A DNA stretch of 64,000 bases from Bosea sp. (in: a-proteobacteria) (GCA_017307955.1 JAFKFV010000017.1:30508-94507), one strand, 5' to 3'. Shown: positions 42,855 through 51,893, counted from the stretch's first letter. Numbers and translations: made by a program. Notes: a model not told the origin generated them from the sequence alone.

Positions 42855-45011
42855 TCAGCCCTGACCAAGCACGGTGCGCCTGGCGCGCTCCGCCTCGTCG
42901 AGCCCTTGAGGGTGGGAGATGATGTCTCGCAGCGTTTCCATCTCTGCGAGCCGTTCATCGGATGCGATCTGTTCGCGCTCGGTCTGCGTCTCGTGCCGCA
43001 TCTTGTCGCGCTCCAGCTGAAGCGTTTCCATGCGGTGCTGCTGATCGAAATTCAGGTCCTTTTCGCGCAGCTGCAGGTCCTTGCTCTTGAGCGCCAGTTC
43101 CGCGGCCTTGCCCATGACCGCAGGGTTAGCCATCGGGTTTTGCTGCTCCGGCGCAAACAGCGTCTCGGGATCGTTGACCCCGATCATGTTGAGGATGCGC
43201 TCGTCGACCGCCTTCGCGTTGTACATCGGCGGATTGGCCATTTGCAGCTGCTTGATGGCCATCGCCTTCATCAGGCGGTGCATATGGCTCGGCGTGTTCG
43301 GATCGGCCTGCGGAACAATGGATTTGTCGTCCAGCGCGCGGATGAACTCTTCCGCGCTCCACTGCCTGTCCGATTTGGCGACGCTGATCAGCGCTTCCGG
43401 GTTTTCGCGGAAGCACTCTTTCAGCAACTGGAACTCTTCCGCTTGAGCCGCATGCAGCCGCTTGTGGACCGCGCCCTCGATTTTGGTCGCCTGCTCGATC
43501 AGCGCCAGCGTCGTACCGACCGGCGCATCCTGCCTGCCCTCGGAAATCTGCACCTCGGCAGTCCCGCCGACGCGCTGGGCCGTGCTTGCGACCGAGTCGA
43601 GGAACGTCGCGAATGCCGCCGATATGTCCTTGTAGGGCAACGGCATGATCATGTTGCTGATGGGCTGGTTGTTGGTTTCCAGCCCGATGCCGCCGCCCGG
43701 CGAGACGCGAAACTCGTTGGTGTTCTGGCGCCCGGTCTGCTTGGCATAGATAAAGCCGGGGAAGTTCGCGAACATCCCGGCGTCGATCGTTTCGCGCCAG
43801 CCTGCCGTCAGCGTCATCGCGGCATTGCCCAGTATCTGGACTAGCCCGATGTCATAGAAGCCGATGCCAGGGACGTAGGGGTATTTCACAAACCGGCTTT
43901 TCGCCGTGTACGTCTCGTCGCCCTCGTCCCAATTGCGGCGGATTTCGAGGATCTGCCGCGAGTCCTTTTCAATGACGACGCGATAGGGCAGCCCAAGGCC
44001 GGTCTTCTCGCCCTTGTCCTTGTGCTCGAAGCCCTCAAGGTCGAGGTCGGTATAACACTCGTAGATCGTGTAATCGCGGTCGCGCTCGTCGGCTTCCGAG
44101 GGCCGTACGCCCTGGATGGTCGATTTCTGCATCTCGACCGCGTTCTGAATGTCCGCGTTCGGCGTGATCAGCGCGATATCGCGATAGGCCCCGGCGATCT
44201 GCATGCGCTTCAGCACATTCGGCCGCATCTTGATGACATGCGTGACGCGCGGCGCATTGCGCAGATCGGTGACCGCATTCGAGACAATCAGGTCTTCAGC
44301 CGCGACCGATTCCGACACCGGCCGGCGACGGATCGGGCAATTGTAGACCTTCTTGAACCCGCAGCCCGAAAAGCCGACCTCGAACAGAAGCCGATCGGTG
44401 TCCGGGTAATACTCGGACGCGACCGTGGTCAGGTAGAAGTTCAGGTCCTCTTCCAGAGCCTCGGCGAGCGCGTCGCTCGACCCGTCGGGGCGCAGCTTGT
44501 CCGCGACCTTGACCGGGCCATTGGCCGGCAGAAGCTCGCCGCGGGCGTTGGCATTGAACCGCAACACGGCCTCAAGCAGCACCGGATGGCGAACGCGCGA
44601 CAGGCCGTCGATAGCGACCGAGCCCGACCCGACATCGGCACCAGGCTCTTCCAGCTCAAGGCCCAGAAGCTTCAGGCCCTTGGCTCGGGTTTCCAGCCAC
44701 TGGCGGCGCGACTCGATATCCGTCTGGATGCCGAGCAAGAGCTGCTCGGCGATGGCGCCCAGCGCACCTGCCGCGACCTTTTCGGCAAGGTTGTCGCCAT
44801 GCCGGCTCGGCTTGTCGCCGTTGCGCTGCGGCGCGAAGTCGACGATAACGCCGCCGTCTTCCGTCTCGATCGAAAGCGTACCGTCTTCCGAATCCACCCG
44901 CACGGCGTCGTTCGGCCCATCCGCCTGGATAAGCACGTCCATTGCCTCGGGCAAAGGCTGCTCAGGCGGCGGCGCAAGGCGCAGCGCGTTAGGGGGGAAG
45001 ACGCCGGACAT
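42855..45011 (-). CDS. portal protein candidate (718 aa)
   Basis: Size and canonical position downstream of terL. No motif-level proof. Confidence 0.7.
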   Translation of the reverse strand: MSGVFPPNALRLAPPPEQPLPEAMDVLIQADGPNDAVRVDSEDGTLSIETEDGGVIVDFAPQRNGDKPSRHGDNLAEKVAAGALGAIAEQLLLGIQTDIESRRQWLETRAKGLKLLGLELEEPGADVGSGSVAIDGLSRVRHPVLLEAVLRFNANARGELLPANGPVKVADKLRPDGSSDALAEALEEDLNFYLTTVASEYYPDTDRLLFEVGFSGCGFKKVYNCPIRRRPVSESVAAEDLIVSNAVTDLRNAPRVTHVIKMRPNVLKRMQIAGAYRDIALITPNADIQNAVEMQKSTIQGVRPSEADERDRDYTIYECYTDLDLEGFEHKDKGEKTGLGLPYRVVIEKDSRQILEIRRNWDEGDETYTAKSRFVKYPYVPGIGFYDIGLVQILGNAAMTLTAGWRETIDAGMFANFPGFIYAKQTGRQNTNEFRVSPGGGIGLETNNQPISNMIMPLPYKDISAAFATFLDSVASTAQRVGGTAEVQISEGRQDAPVGTTLALIEQATKIEGAVHKRLHAAQAEEFQLLKECFRENPEALISVAKSDRQWSAEEFIRALDDKSIVPQADPNTPSHMHRLMKAMAIKQLQMANPPMYNAKAVDERILNMIGVNDPETLFAPEQQNPMANPAVMGKAAELALKSKDLQLREKDLNFDQQHRMETLQLERDKMRHETQTEREQIASDERLAEMETLRDIISHPQGLDEAERARRTVLGQG

Positions 45012-45020
45012 GTGCCTGGA

Positions 45021-45197
45021 TTACCAAGCCCAAGTCGAGCTAGGATTGGTCGGCCAGGAATAGACGCTGGCGAGCCATTCGAGCTTGGCCTCTACCAGAG
45101 CAAGGCGCTCCTCCAGAGCCTTGTCCGGCGTCGCATCCACAGGCGCAGCGGTTTCCGCCGCCGCAGTGTCCACGGCAGCCTTGTCAGTCTTGGGCAT
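45021..45197 (-). CDS. small acidic protein (58 aa; below ORF-track cutoff) between terL and portal
   Basis: ATG 45197 is preceded by TAGGAGAGAG. Translation is MPKTDKAAVDTAAAETAAPVDATPDKALEERLALVEAKLEWLASVYSWPTNPSSTWAW, with TAA at 45021-45023. Confidence 0.5.
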   Translation of the reverse strand: MPKTDKAAVDTAAAETAAPVDATPDKALEERLALVEAKLEWLASVYSWPTNPSSTWAW

Positions 45198-45208
45198 GTT
45201 GCTCTCTC

Positions 45209-46780
45209 CTATATGCCGCCGTAAGGCAGCGCCTTTGGCCGGCCCTTGTAGCGGACCTGTTCCGCTCGCTCGGCGGCGATTTCCGCCTCACGCATCGCCA
45301 GCCCGATGCTGCGCAGATGCCGCAGCGCCTGCGTCACGCTGTCGGTCAAATCGTCATGGGCGCCGCGCGGAAAGCTGGCCATTTCGTTCTGGACCATATC
45401 GGCCCAGTCCTTGTCCGGCGCGTAGATCATCCCGTCGCTGAACAGGTGCTGCACCGCATAGGCGCGGGCCGTCTTGTCGGCGCCTTTCGGGTCGATCAGC
45501 TCGACGCCCCACGGATCGTTCGCATAGAGCCGACGCATTTCCTGCGCGACCGAGATGCCGCTGGCCTTGGATTCAATCAGCAGCCGGTCGACGGAGAACT
45601 TGCGACACGACGCGCCGACCTTGACCACAAGGTCATTCAGCCCCAGCCGCGCTTGCCATGCGCCCATGAGGATCAGCTTAGGCAGCCCGTCATCGTGCCG
45701 GAACCGCCCCCAGATCGTCAGGGCCGAATAGTCGTTCTCTTCCTTGGTCGTGTAAGCAGGGTCGAGAGACGCGACAACATAATCGCAATTCGGGAACGTC
45801 TGCCGCCCGTTTTGGTCCGGCTCCGGGTCCCAGATCTTCCACCAGTCCCGCTTGAAGATGCCGCCGCCGCGGGGCTCCGGCGATTGCTGCAACTGCCCCG
45901 CCGCAGCGTAAGGGCCCATTGTCTGTTTCAATTCGGCGACGACTTCCGGCGGGAAGCGCTCCGGGAACAGCAACTCGCCGTCTTCCGTGCGCCAATCCTC
46001 GAACCCGATCGATGTCACGCAATGACGCGAGGAGTCGTATTCCATCGGCAGCATTAGATGGTCGTAGCCGAGGTCGTTCGACAAAATGACGCCGGAGGTG
46101 TCCTCCTCATGCAGACGCTGCATGATGACGACGATTGGAGATTTATCCGGGTTATTGAGGCGCGTCGGCAGCGATTCCAGAAACAGGAACTTCGCCGTCT
46201 CCAGCTCTTTCTTGCTCGCGGCCTTCTTCACCGATAGCGGATCATCAACCAGCACGCGGTCGCCTCGGTCGCCGGTCAGGCTGGTAAACGGCACCGCGAC
46301 ACGCCACCCGCGTTTCGTGTTTTCAAACCTCCTTTGCCCTTCGGATACCAGCTTGACGCGATCACCCCACAGTGCCTGATACCATTCGCTGGTGACCAGG
46401 TTCAGCATGCGGCCGGCGTCGCGCTCGGCAAGGCGATGCGAATAGGCCGTGCAGTAGAACCGCTTTGAGGCCATGTTCATCGGCCCCCATTCCCATGCCG
46501 GCCAGAACACGCCGGTCAGCAGCGACTTGGAAAAGCCCGGCGGCACATTGATAAGCAGCCGAAGGATTTCCCCGCGCGACACCGCCTCGAGGTGTTCGCA
46601 GATCGCGTCGAGAACCCGCCCCTCGATCAGCGGTTGTGCCGGCTCCAGAACTGGCCACGCCCGGCGCGTGAAGCCCATCAGGCTGGTTTCGCTTTCCAGC
46701 CGGTCCAGCTCGCGGATGGCCCAATCGGGGTTGGCGAGCGCGTAGCGAACCAGCGCCTCGCGCGCGGTGGCAGAGGGCAT
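45209..46780 (-). CDS. terminase large subunit
   Basis: Walker-A-like NVPPGFSKS and Walker B RVLVDDP. C-terminal nuclease-like half with the acidic motif VVASLDPA. 523 aa. Confidence 0.85.
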   Translation of the reverse strand: MPSATAREALVRYALANPDWAIRELDRLESETSLMGFTRRAWPVLEPAQPLIEGRVLDAICEHLEAVSRGEILRLLINVPPGFSKSLLTGVFWPAWEWGPMNMASKRFYCTAYSHRLAERDAGRMLNLVTSEWYQALWGDRVKLVSEGQRRFENTKRGWRVAVPFTSLTGDRGDRVLVDDPLSVKKAASKKELETAKFLFLESLPTRLNNPDKSPIVVIMQRLHEEDTSGVILSNDLGYDHLMLPMEYDSSRHCVTSIGFEDWRTEDGELLFPERFPPEVVAELKQTMGPYAAAGQLQQSPEPRGGGIFKRDWWKIWDPEPDQNGRQTFPNCDYVVASLDPAYTTKEENDYSALTIWGRFRHDDGLPKLILMGAWQARLGLNDLVVKVGASCRKFSVDRLLIESKASGISVAQEMRRLYANDPWGVELIDPKGADKTARAYAVQHLFSDGMIYAPDKDWADMVQNEMASFPRGAHDDLTDSVTQALRHLRSIGLAMREAEIAAERAEQVRYKGRPKALPYGGI

Positions 46781-47088
46781 TAGCGATGAGCGTCGCCATT
46801 ATGGCGATCGTTCCAGATATTCGTGTCAGCAGGAACGGACGGAAGCGGATAAACGCCCCACGGCCTGTGTTCCCCGCGCGGCCCATCAGCCGTCTTGATC
46901 CCCGGCCTGATGCGCCCCGCGCCGCGCCCATGGATCGCATGCGCCGCCCTGGCAATTGCGTCCCATTCGGCCTTGATGAACAGCCGCAAGATGCCCGGCT
47001 GAACGTCGATGTCGAGGCTGTCCTTGATCAGCTTCGCAAGCTCGACCTCGGGGGCGCGAACCGTATCGTCTCCATTACCAGCACACAT
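46780..47088 (-). CDS. hypothetical protein (102 aa)
   Basis: ATG 47088 with a GGAGG RBS. TAATG overlap with the terL start. Confidence 0.5.
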   Translation of the reverse strand: MCAGNGDDTVRAPEVELAKLIKDSLDIDVQPGILRLFIKAEWDAIARAAHAIHGRGAGRIRPGIKTADGPRGEHRPWGVYPLPSVPADTNIWNDRHNGDAHR

Positions 47089-47218
47089 CCCAAACCTCCG
47101 CGCAGCGCGCACGTTCAGACCGCAGCGCGCGGCCCGTTGTGTGATTTCAGTCGGTTAGGTCATGCCCGTTGGTAGGATGAGCAAAATCATTTCTACCGGC
47201 TCGGGATGCAGAGGATTT

Positions 47219-47449
47219 TTATTTCCCGCAATTCCCGCGCCAGCCGGGATTGATTTGAGTAGCCATCCCGTGCGGAGCGGCGGCGACCCAAATGATTCCG
47301 GCGATCGAAAGCGCTAATAGCAATACGGGCGCGCATAGCTTAAGTGGGCGCAAAGGACGATCATAAAACGGCAGCAACCCAATGCCAGCAATCAAGGAAA
47401 AGACTGAAGCCGTGTAAATGATTGCTGCTAAAGCAACATGCGCTGTCAT
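47219..47449 (-). CDS. small 2-TM membrane protein (76 aa) inserted between terS and terL
   Basis: ATGA overlap with the terS stop. Visibly lower GC. Helices are VALAAIIYTASVFSLIAGIGLL and VLLLALSIAGIIWVAA. Confidence 0.5.
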   Translation of the reverse strand: MTAHVALAAIIYTASVFSLIAGIGLLPFYDRPLRPLKLCAPVLLLALSIAGIIWVAAAPHGMATQINPGWRGNCGK

Positions 47450-47862
47450 TCCCCGCCCGCCCGTTTTCCGACCAACTGGCGCAACAGCTCGCGCTCCGCA
47501 TCGTCCAGATCGGCCAGCGTCTTGGCGACCTCGATCGGGCCGCCGTCCTTGCCGGTGATCTCCTGCTGAACGCGGTCGCGCCACTCGGTCGGATCAGCGT
47601 TCTTCAGTGCAAAGATGCGGGACGTGACAGTCGGGCCATCAGGCGCATCGAGCAGATCCGTCTCAAGTTTCAGCACCCGTTTGCCCTTGGCGAGCTTTAA
47701 CGCGTCGGAAAATTCCGGGTGTTTCTGCGACCAATCGTACATCGTATCGCGGTGGAACCCAAGCGAAGCCGCGGCAGCCGTAAGCGAGAGCCCGGTGGCC
47801 ATCAGCTCAATCAGCTCGTTTCCCAGTGCGGGCGTATACTCGGAAGGGCGGCCTGCGGGCAT
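47446..47862 (-). CDS. terminase small subunit candidate (HTH)
   Basis: N-terminal GRPSEYTPALGNELIELMATGLSLTAAAASLGFHRDTMYDW is typical of small-terminase HTH domains. Position upstream of terL. Confidence 0.7.
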   Translation of the reverse strand: MPAGRPSEYTPALGNELIELMATGLSLTAAAASLGFHRDTMYDWSQKHPEFSDALKLAKGKRVLKLETDLLDAPDGPTVTSRIFALKNADPTEWRDRVQQEITGKDGGPIEVAKTLADLDDAERELLRQLVGKRAGGE

Positions 47863-47943
47863 TAGTGGTCTCGTTTCATTATTGGCGAGCTCGGCCTCAT
47901 GCTCGCTCCACCAGGCTGATGCTACTGCGGGATAATCGATGCT

Positions 47944-48222
47944 TCAGACATAATCCGGCAGCGGATCGCTTGGAGCGCGCTTATGCCAGTCCTGAAAGCT
48001 GACTATGAGCTTGAACCCGAACGGAAGCCAGTAATAGTCGTGCCACTGCCCGACTCGCCGCTTTGCCCGCGAGATGAAACGGTCCGGCCACGCCAGCTTT
48101 TCGACATAAACCGCCCAACGCCACGTCCCAGTCTTCGGGGCGTCGCCAACAAGACAGAGGCCGCCACCGCTGGTACGGCTCAGAACATTGACCTTGCCAA
48201 TGCGATAGCCTTGGACCCGCAT
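47944..48222 (-). CDS. hypothetical protein (92 aa)
   Basis: ATG 48222 with a GGAG RBS. Lower GC. First gene after the long non-coding leader. Confidence 0.45.
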   Translation of the reverse strand: MRVQGYRIGKVNVLSRTSGGGLCLVGDAPKTGTWRWAVYVEKLAWPDRFISRAKRRVGQWHDYYWLPFGFKLIVSFQDWHKRAPSDPLPDYV

Positions 48223-48817
48223 ACAATAGCTCCGAATGTTGATTGAGTGATGGGTGGTCAGAAAGCACGCCACTGACTGCTACGAGGCCACTGCCCTTCG
48301 TTGCCTAGGGCTCACCCACCGAACTTGGCGCCGGCCTCTCTTGCCGGCTTATGGATATCGACGCGGGCTCGGTTGGGTACGAGCTTCCCTGTCCGGAGGT
48401 GGCGACCTCGTTTAGGGCCTCCCAGTCTCGCCAGACTGGCAACTGGACGGCGCTAACGCCGCTGCACGCGTCGAACTCGTGTGCCCGTGAGGGCGGAACT
48501 GCCAGTGGGCCGGACTTTTACCGGCCGGGACGACGTTACCGAGCGCTACGTCGCGAACGTCCCCGCATCGTCCTGATGCCCAAGGTCCTCGTGACCAAGA
48601 TCAGCCGTAGCTGCCTTGGTGATAGTGTCGATGCGGGCCGGGGTTTTTGTCCGACTGGCGAGGTAGTCTCACCCTCTCGCCGAGCATTGGACCATTTACG
48701 CTAGCGCCTGTGAGACCGCGCTTCGCTATAGGCCTTAGCCGCGTGTCTATCCACGCCGCCGCATCGATCTTGCTCGCCCGAGGGCGGAACCTTCACGCAC
48801 CCGCACGAGGCGGTCGT

Positions 48818-49486
48818 TTACGCGCGCATCTCCGATGATGCTTCGGTATGCGCTGATTTGAGCCCGTCTGTCAATACCGAGAAGCCCGCGCTTGTCGGGA
48901 TCTGGTAGTAATCCGCAAGAGCCCGCAGCCCGCGGACCAGATAGGCGACCATGTGCGGGGGCCAGTTATCGGCGGGATAGTCCATCACGACGCAGTTGTT
49001 GACCGCGGTCCTGACAGGCCGGCCAGATACGTCTACCTGACCAAGCACGCCAATGGCTTTCATGTATTTCGATGCAGCTGCCCTCTCAGAAACCACGTCG
49101 CTGTCATGGCCACGACCGCGCACTCTGCCGATGTCCATGGCCTTTGGCGATGGGTGCGGGATGCCCGTCAGACGATGGTACCGCCACACATCCTCATCAA
49201 ACCGCTTGGCAGCCTCGTACAGACGCGAATTGATCTGCCCGGCTATGACTAGCCGCCCGATGCTGGAACCGGCCTCAGCGAGCCCCGCTGTCGATTCTAC
49301 GGCCCTTCCAGTGCGGACCCGAGCCTGCATTACCACGATCCGTGCATCCTTTTCTCGATTGGTGGTCTCGATCTCGTATCGCTCGGCTGAACGGGAGAGC
49401 TGGCCCGATGGTGTGCGGGGTAGATCCTTGCGCTGTGCCGAGCGGGCACGGCGGCGGGCAAGCTTTTGGGCTTTGGTGAGGCTCAT
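48818..49486 (-). CDS. hypothetical protein (222 aa), last gene of the early operon (late-regulator candidate by position only)
   Basis: Basic N-terminus (KAQKLARRRARSAQRK). 4-nt overlap with the upstream gene. Confidence 0.6.
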   Translation of the reverse strand: MSLTKAQKLARRRARSAQRKDLPRTPSGQLSRSAERYEIETTNREKDARIVVMQARVRTGRAVESTAGLAEAGSSIGRLVIAGQINSRLYEAAKRFDEDVWRYHRLTGIPHPSPKAMDIGRVRGRGHDSDVVSERAAASKYMKAIGVLGQVDVSGRPVRTAVNNCVVMDYPADNWPPHMVAYLVRGLRALADYYQIPTSAGFSVLTDGLKSAHTEASSEMRA

Positions 49487-49761
49487 TCTGCGGCTTCCCT
49501 CGAAATCCTATCGTCCAGCCATTCCGGCCATTGGCATGGGACGGTCATCGAAGGGACCGAGCCGGCCTCGACCATCCGCATGACGGCGGGGCGCCAGCCG
49601 ATCGAGCGAAAGTAGCTCTCCCAAACTGGCCATTCCGGATCGTCCGGCTTGATCGCCCTTGCCGAGTTCTGACCCGCGCCCTTCCAGCGGGCGATGCACT
49701 CCGTCCCCATCCGCCAGTATCGATCCGCCGTCGTTTCGGCCGCTGCCGTCTGCTGTCGCAT
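49483..49761 (-). CDS. hypothetical protein (92 aa)
   Basis: Trp-rich, protein-like sequence. GC3 is higher than in the overlapping frame. Confidence 0.55.
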   Translation of the reverse strand: MRQQTAAAETTADRYWRMGTECIARWKGAGQNSARAIKPDDPEWPVWESYFRSIGWRPAVMRMVEAGSVPSMTVPCQWPEWLDDRISREAAE

Positions 49762-50614
49762 CGTCGGTCACCTTGGGCTTGGAATGTTTGGCGAGAATCT
49801 CTTCGTGCGTTGGATAGCCTGGGCCGGGCCAGAACGTGCCGCTCGGGGCTGCGGGCGGCTGCCCAGACGCGGCAAGCGGAGCAAAGCCTTTTTCCTCGGC
49901 ATGCCGGCGCATCCAGTTGCGGAGCGTCGCCGGCCAGTCCAGTTTGACGGCGCTGGCGCCGGCCTTGGCTGTCCAGTAGTCGCGGAAGCTCTCGACCTGC
50001 TTGCGATAGGAGGGCTCTGGAATGCCTAGGCTGAGGGCATGGGCCCTGTCATCGTCGGACGGCTGCCAGTCTGGAGGGAGCCGCGTTCCGCGCTTCGGCT
50101 TCGCCCTGGAAGCCTTTTCGTCCTCGACCGAGGCCGTTTGCGCGCTAACGCGCTCCAACGAACGAAGTGAGTTGGTTGATACCTCTGAACGGAGTGAAGA
50201 GGTATCTTCTGTATCTGTATCTGTATCTGTATCTGTATCTGTATCTGGGCGTTTTTCGGCGTTCGCTTGCGTTCGCTTGCGTTCGCGCCATTCTTTGGCG
50301 CGTTCGGACGAGCCATCTTCGCGCTTTGGCTGGTACTTTTCCCAGCCGCAAAACCGATTGTCAGCAATGACTTGCTTCTCCTCCAAAGCCACCACGATCA
50401 GATCGACCTGCTCAGGCTCGCACCCAAAGAAGTAGCCGAGGCCTTCCGGGTCGTAACCTGCAATGCTGCCGCGATCCTCGGCCTGCGAGGCCCTGTCGAG
50501 AAGAGCCCAGAACACCGCTACGGCGATGCCCGGGGCAACGCCCGCCCTTCTGGCAATGCCCAGCCACTTCGGATTTGTGGGCGCCCCGTGCCAGGTCCTG
50601 AACCAGTCCGTCAT
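49508..50614 (-). CDS. replication organiser/initiator-like protein with (Thr-Asp)n linker
   Basis: The C-terminal LPPDWQPS...FRDYW...KLDWPATLRNWMRR pattern is common in phage/plasmid replication proteins. The last ~85 codons overlap 49483-49761 out of frame, so the real C-terminus is uncertain. Confidence 0.6.
   Translation of the reverse strand: MTDWFRTWHGAPTNPKWLGIARRAGVAPGIAVAVFWALLDRASQAEDRGSIAGYDPEGLGYFFGCEPEQVDLIVVALEEKQVIADNRFCGWEKYQPKREDGSSERAKEWRERKRTQANAEKRPDTDTDTDTDTDTEDTSSLRSEVSTNSLRSLERVSAQTASVEDEKASRAKPKRGTRLPPDWQPSDDDRAHALSLGIPEPSYRKQVESFRDYWTAKAGASAVKLDWPATLRNWMRRHAEEKGFAPLAASGQPPAAPSGTFWPGPGYPTHEEILAKHSKPKVTDDATADGSGRNDGGSILADGDGVHRPLEGRGSELGKGDQAGRSGMASLGELLSLDRLAPRRHADGRGRLGPFDDRPMPMAGMAGR
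50211..50246. repeat. hexanucleotide microsatellite (GTATCT)x6, encoding (Thr-Asp)n on the minus strand
   Basis: Read directly, with an imperfect extra unit at 50202-50210. Confidence 0.9.
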
Positions 50615-51210
50615 GGCTTGCTCTTTGGTTGATAGGGTTTCATCCCGCGCGGAAGCGGAAGACCCGTCCGCTCGCTGTGCCGCCTGATCCCGTGGATGAT
50701 CGATGTATGGTCCATGCCGCCGAGCCGTTCCGCGATCTCTGGCAAAGACAATGACGTTTCCACGGCTGCCAGATACATGATCTCATGCCTAGCGATGCTG
50801 AGCGCGGCCTGTCGACCTCCCCAAACGAGTTCTTTCCGAGCTATCCCCGAAGTTACCGAAACCCTCAGAATTATGTCTTCCAGGGCCGCATCAGGCCCGG
50901 ACTTCGATCCCTTTTCCATGGCTTCGATCAGCTTCTTTTGAAGGGCCGAGAGCCGCCGCTCCGCCATCTTGATGCGGCCGCGGATGAACATGAGCTGTTC
51001 CTCCGCCCGCTTCTCCTCTTGGCGAAGAATTCCTATCCGATTCATGACCGTTGCTTCGCTTCGCTCTCGTTCGACGAGCGCGCGGATGTCGGCTTCGGAC
51101 ATCCATCTTCCCATGGCGTCCTTGATGGCCCTCGGTGAGAACCCTTTTCGAGCCATGCTGATGGCCTTAGACGTGGTCGGGTCAGCGGGAAGGGCAATGT
51201 CCATCGTCAA
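50611..51210 (-). CDS. DnaA domain IV-like HTH protein (replication-associated)
   Basis: ARHEIMYLAAVETSLSLPEIAERLGGMDHTSIIHGIRRH closely follows the DnaA C-terminal DNA-binding signature. Confidence 0.75.
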   Translation of the reverse strand: MTMDIALPADPTTSKAISMARKGFSPRAIKDAMGRWMSEADIRALVERERSEATVMNRIGILRQEEKRAEEQLMFIRGRIKMAERRLSALQKKLIEAMEKGSKSGPDAALEDIILRVSVTSGIARKELVWGGRQAALSIARHEIMYLAAVETSLSLPEIAERLGGMDHTSIIHGIRRHSERTGLPLPRGMKPYQPKSKP

Positions 51211-51395
51211 CGCTCCTTACTCTGCGATGTGAGGCGCGCGAACTCGGCTCCGATCTCCTTGAGAAGGCCGAGCCGTTGGCGCTTGAGTTCGATCTCGACG
51301 GCAGGCCTCTTCTTGGCCTCGAGGGTCTCGATCCAATGGGCGTCCTCCGAATAGCGGAGGCGCAGTTCGTCCAGCATGGCGGCGTGGTTGGTCAT
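51207..51395 (-). CDS. hypothetical protein (62 aa)
   Basis: 4-nt overlaps on both sides. Confidence 0.55.
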   Translation of the reverse strand: MTNHAAMLDELRLRYSEDAHWIETLEAKKRPAVEIELKRQRLGLLKEIGAEFARLTSQSKER

Positions 51396-51661
51396 GCCGG
51401 CCTCTCGATCAGAGATCGCAGGTAGAGATTTGTCCCGGCTGGCGTCGGGCTGAGGTCGTCCGATATGAGGCCGGACCTCATCATGCCGTCGATAATCGAG
51501 CGGCTCAGGATCTGATGAGACGGCTTCAGCTCGTAGTGCTTGATGCCGCCACGCGGGCCGATGAGCGGCTCCAGCCTCTCGCCCTGCTCAAACATATTGC
51601 CGACGATCCGGCCTAGGACCTTGAATTGTGCCGGTCCAAGTTGGTCGCGAGTGTGCTTCAT
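51392..51661 (-). CDS. hypothetical protein (89 aa)
   Basis: I prefer the MKHTRDQ start. Confidence 0.5.
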   Translation of the reverse strand: MKHTRDQLGPAQFKVLGRIVGNMFEQGERLEPLIGPRGGIKHYELKPSHQILSRSIIDGMMRSGLISDDLSPTPAGTNLYLRSLIERPA

Positions 51662-51662
51662 G

Positions 51663-51893
51663 CTACCTCCTTGCAAGGACGCGGGGTCTAGCGCGCGTGT
51701 TAATCCGGTCGTGTACGCCGGCCATGAAATCGCGAAGGATCGACCTGCCGCTAACCTCGAACCACTCCCACCCTTGGTAGTCCAAGTCTGGTTTTTGCCG
51801 GATTTCCTTCAGGGCGCGCCCCATAGTTCGGATGGAGACCATTCGCCCACTCGGAGTCATGAATGCCTTTGGATATGCAGCCCGCCCGCTCAT
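51663..51893 (-). CDS. hypothetical protein (76 aa)
   Basis: ATGA overlap with the VRR-NUC stop. Confidence 0.5.
   Translation of the reverse strand: MSGRAAYPKAFMTPSGRMVSIRTMGRALKEIRQKPDLDYQGWEWFEVSGRSILRDFMAGVHDRINTRARPRVLARR

Noticed and set aside
25733-46057. Many 200-400-aa plus-strand ORFs inside the structural block (e.g. 25733-26704, 28525-29562, 30007-30981, 39382-40212, 41044-41766, 42783-43844, 44022-45224, 45317-46057)
   Set aside because: All are antisense to motif-supported or tightly coupled minus-strand virion genes. They are Arg/Gly/Asp-rich and lack RBS/coupling signals.
48351-48704. 117-aa plus-strand ORF in the long leader region
   Set aside because: No RBS, wrong strand relative to all neighbours, and an Arg/Cys/Ser-rich product. 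The region is better explained as structured non-coding DNA/RNA.
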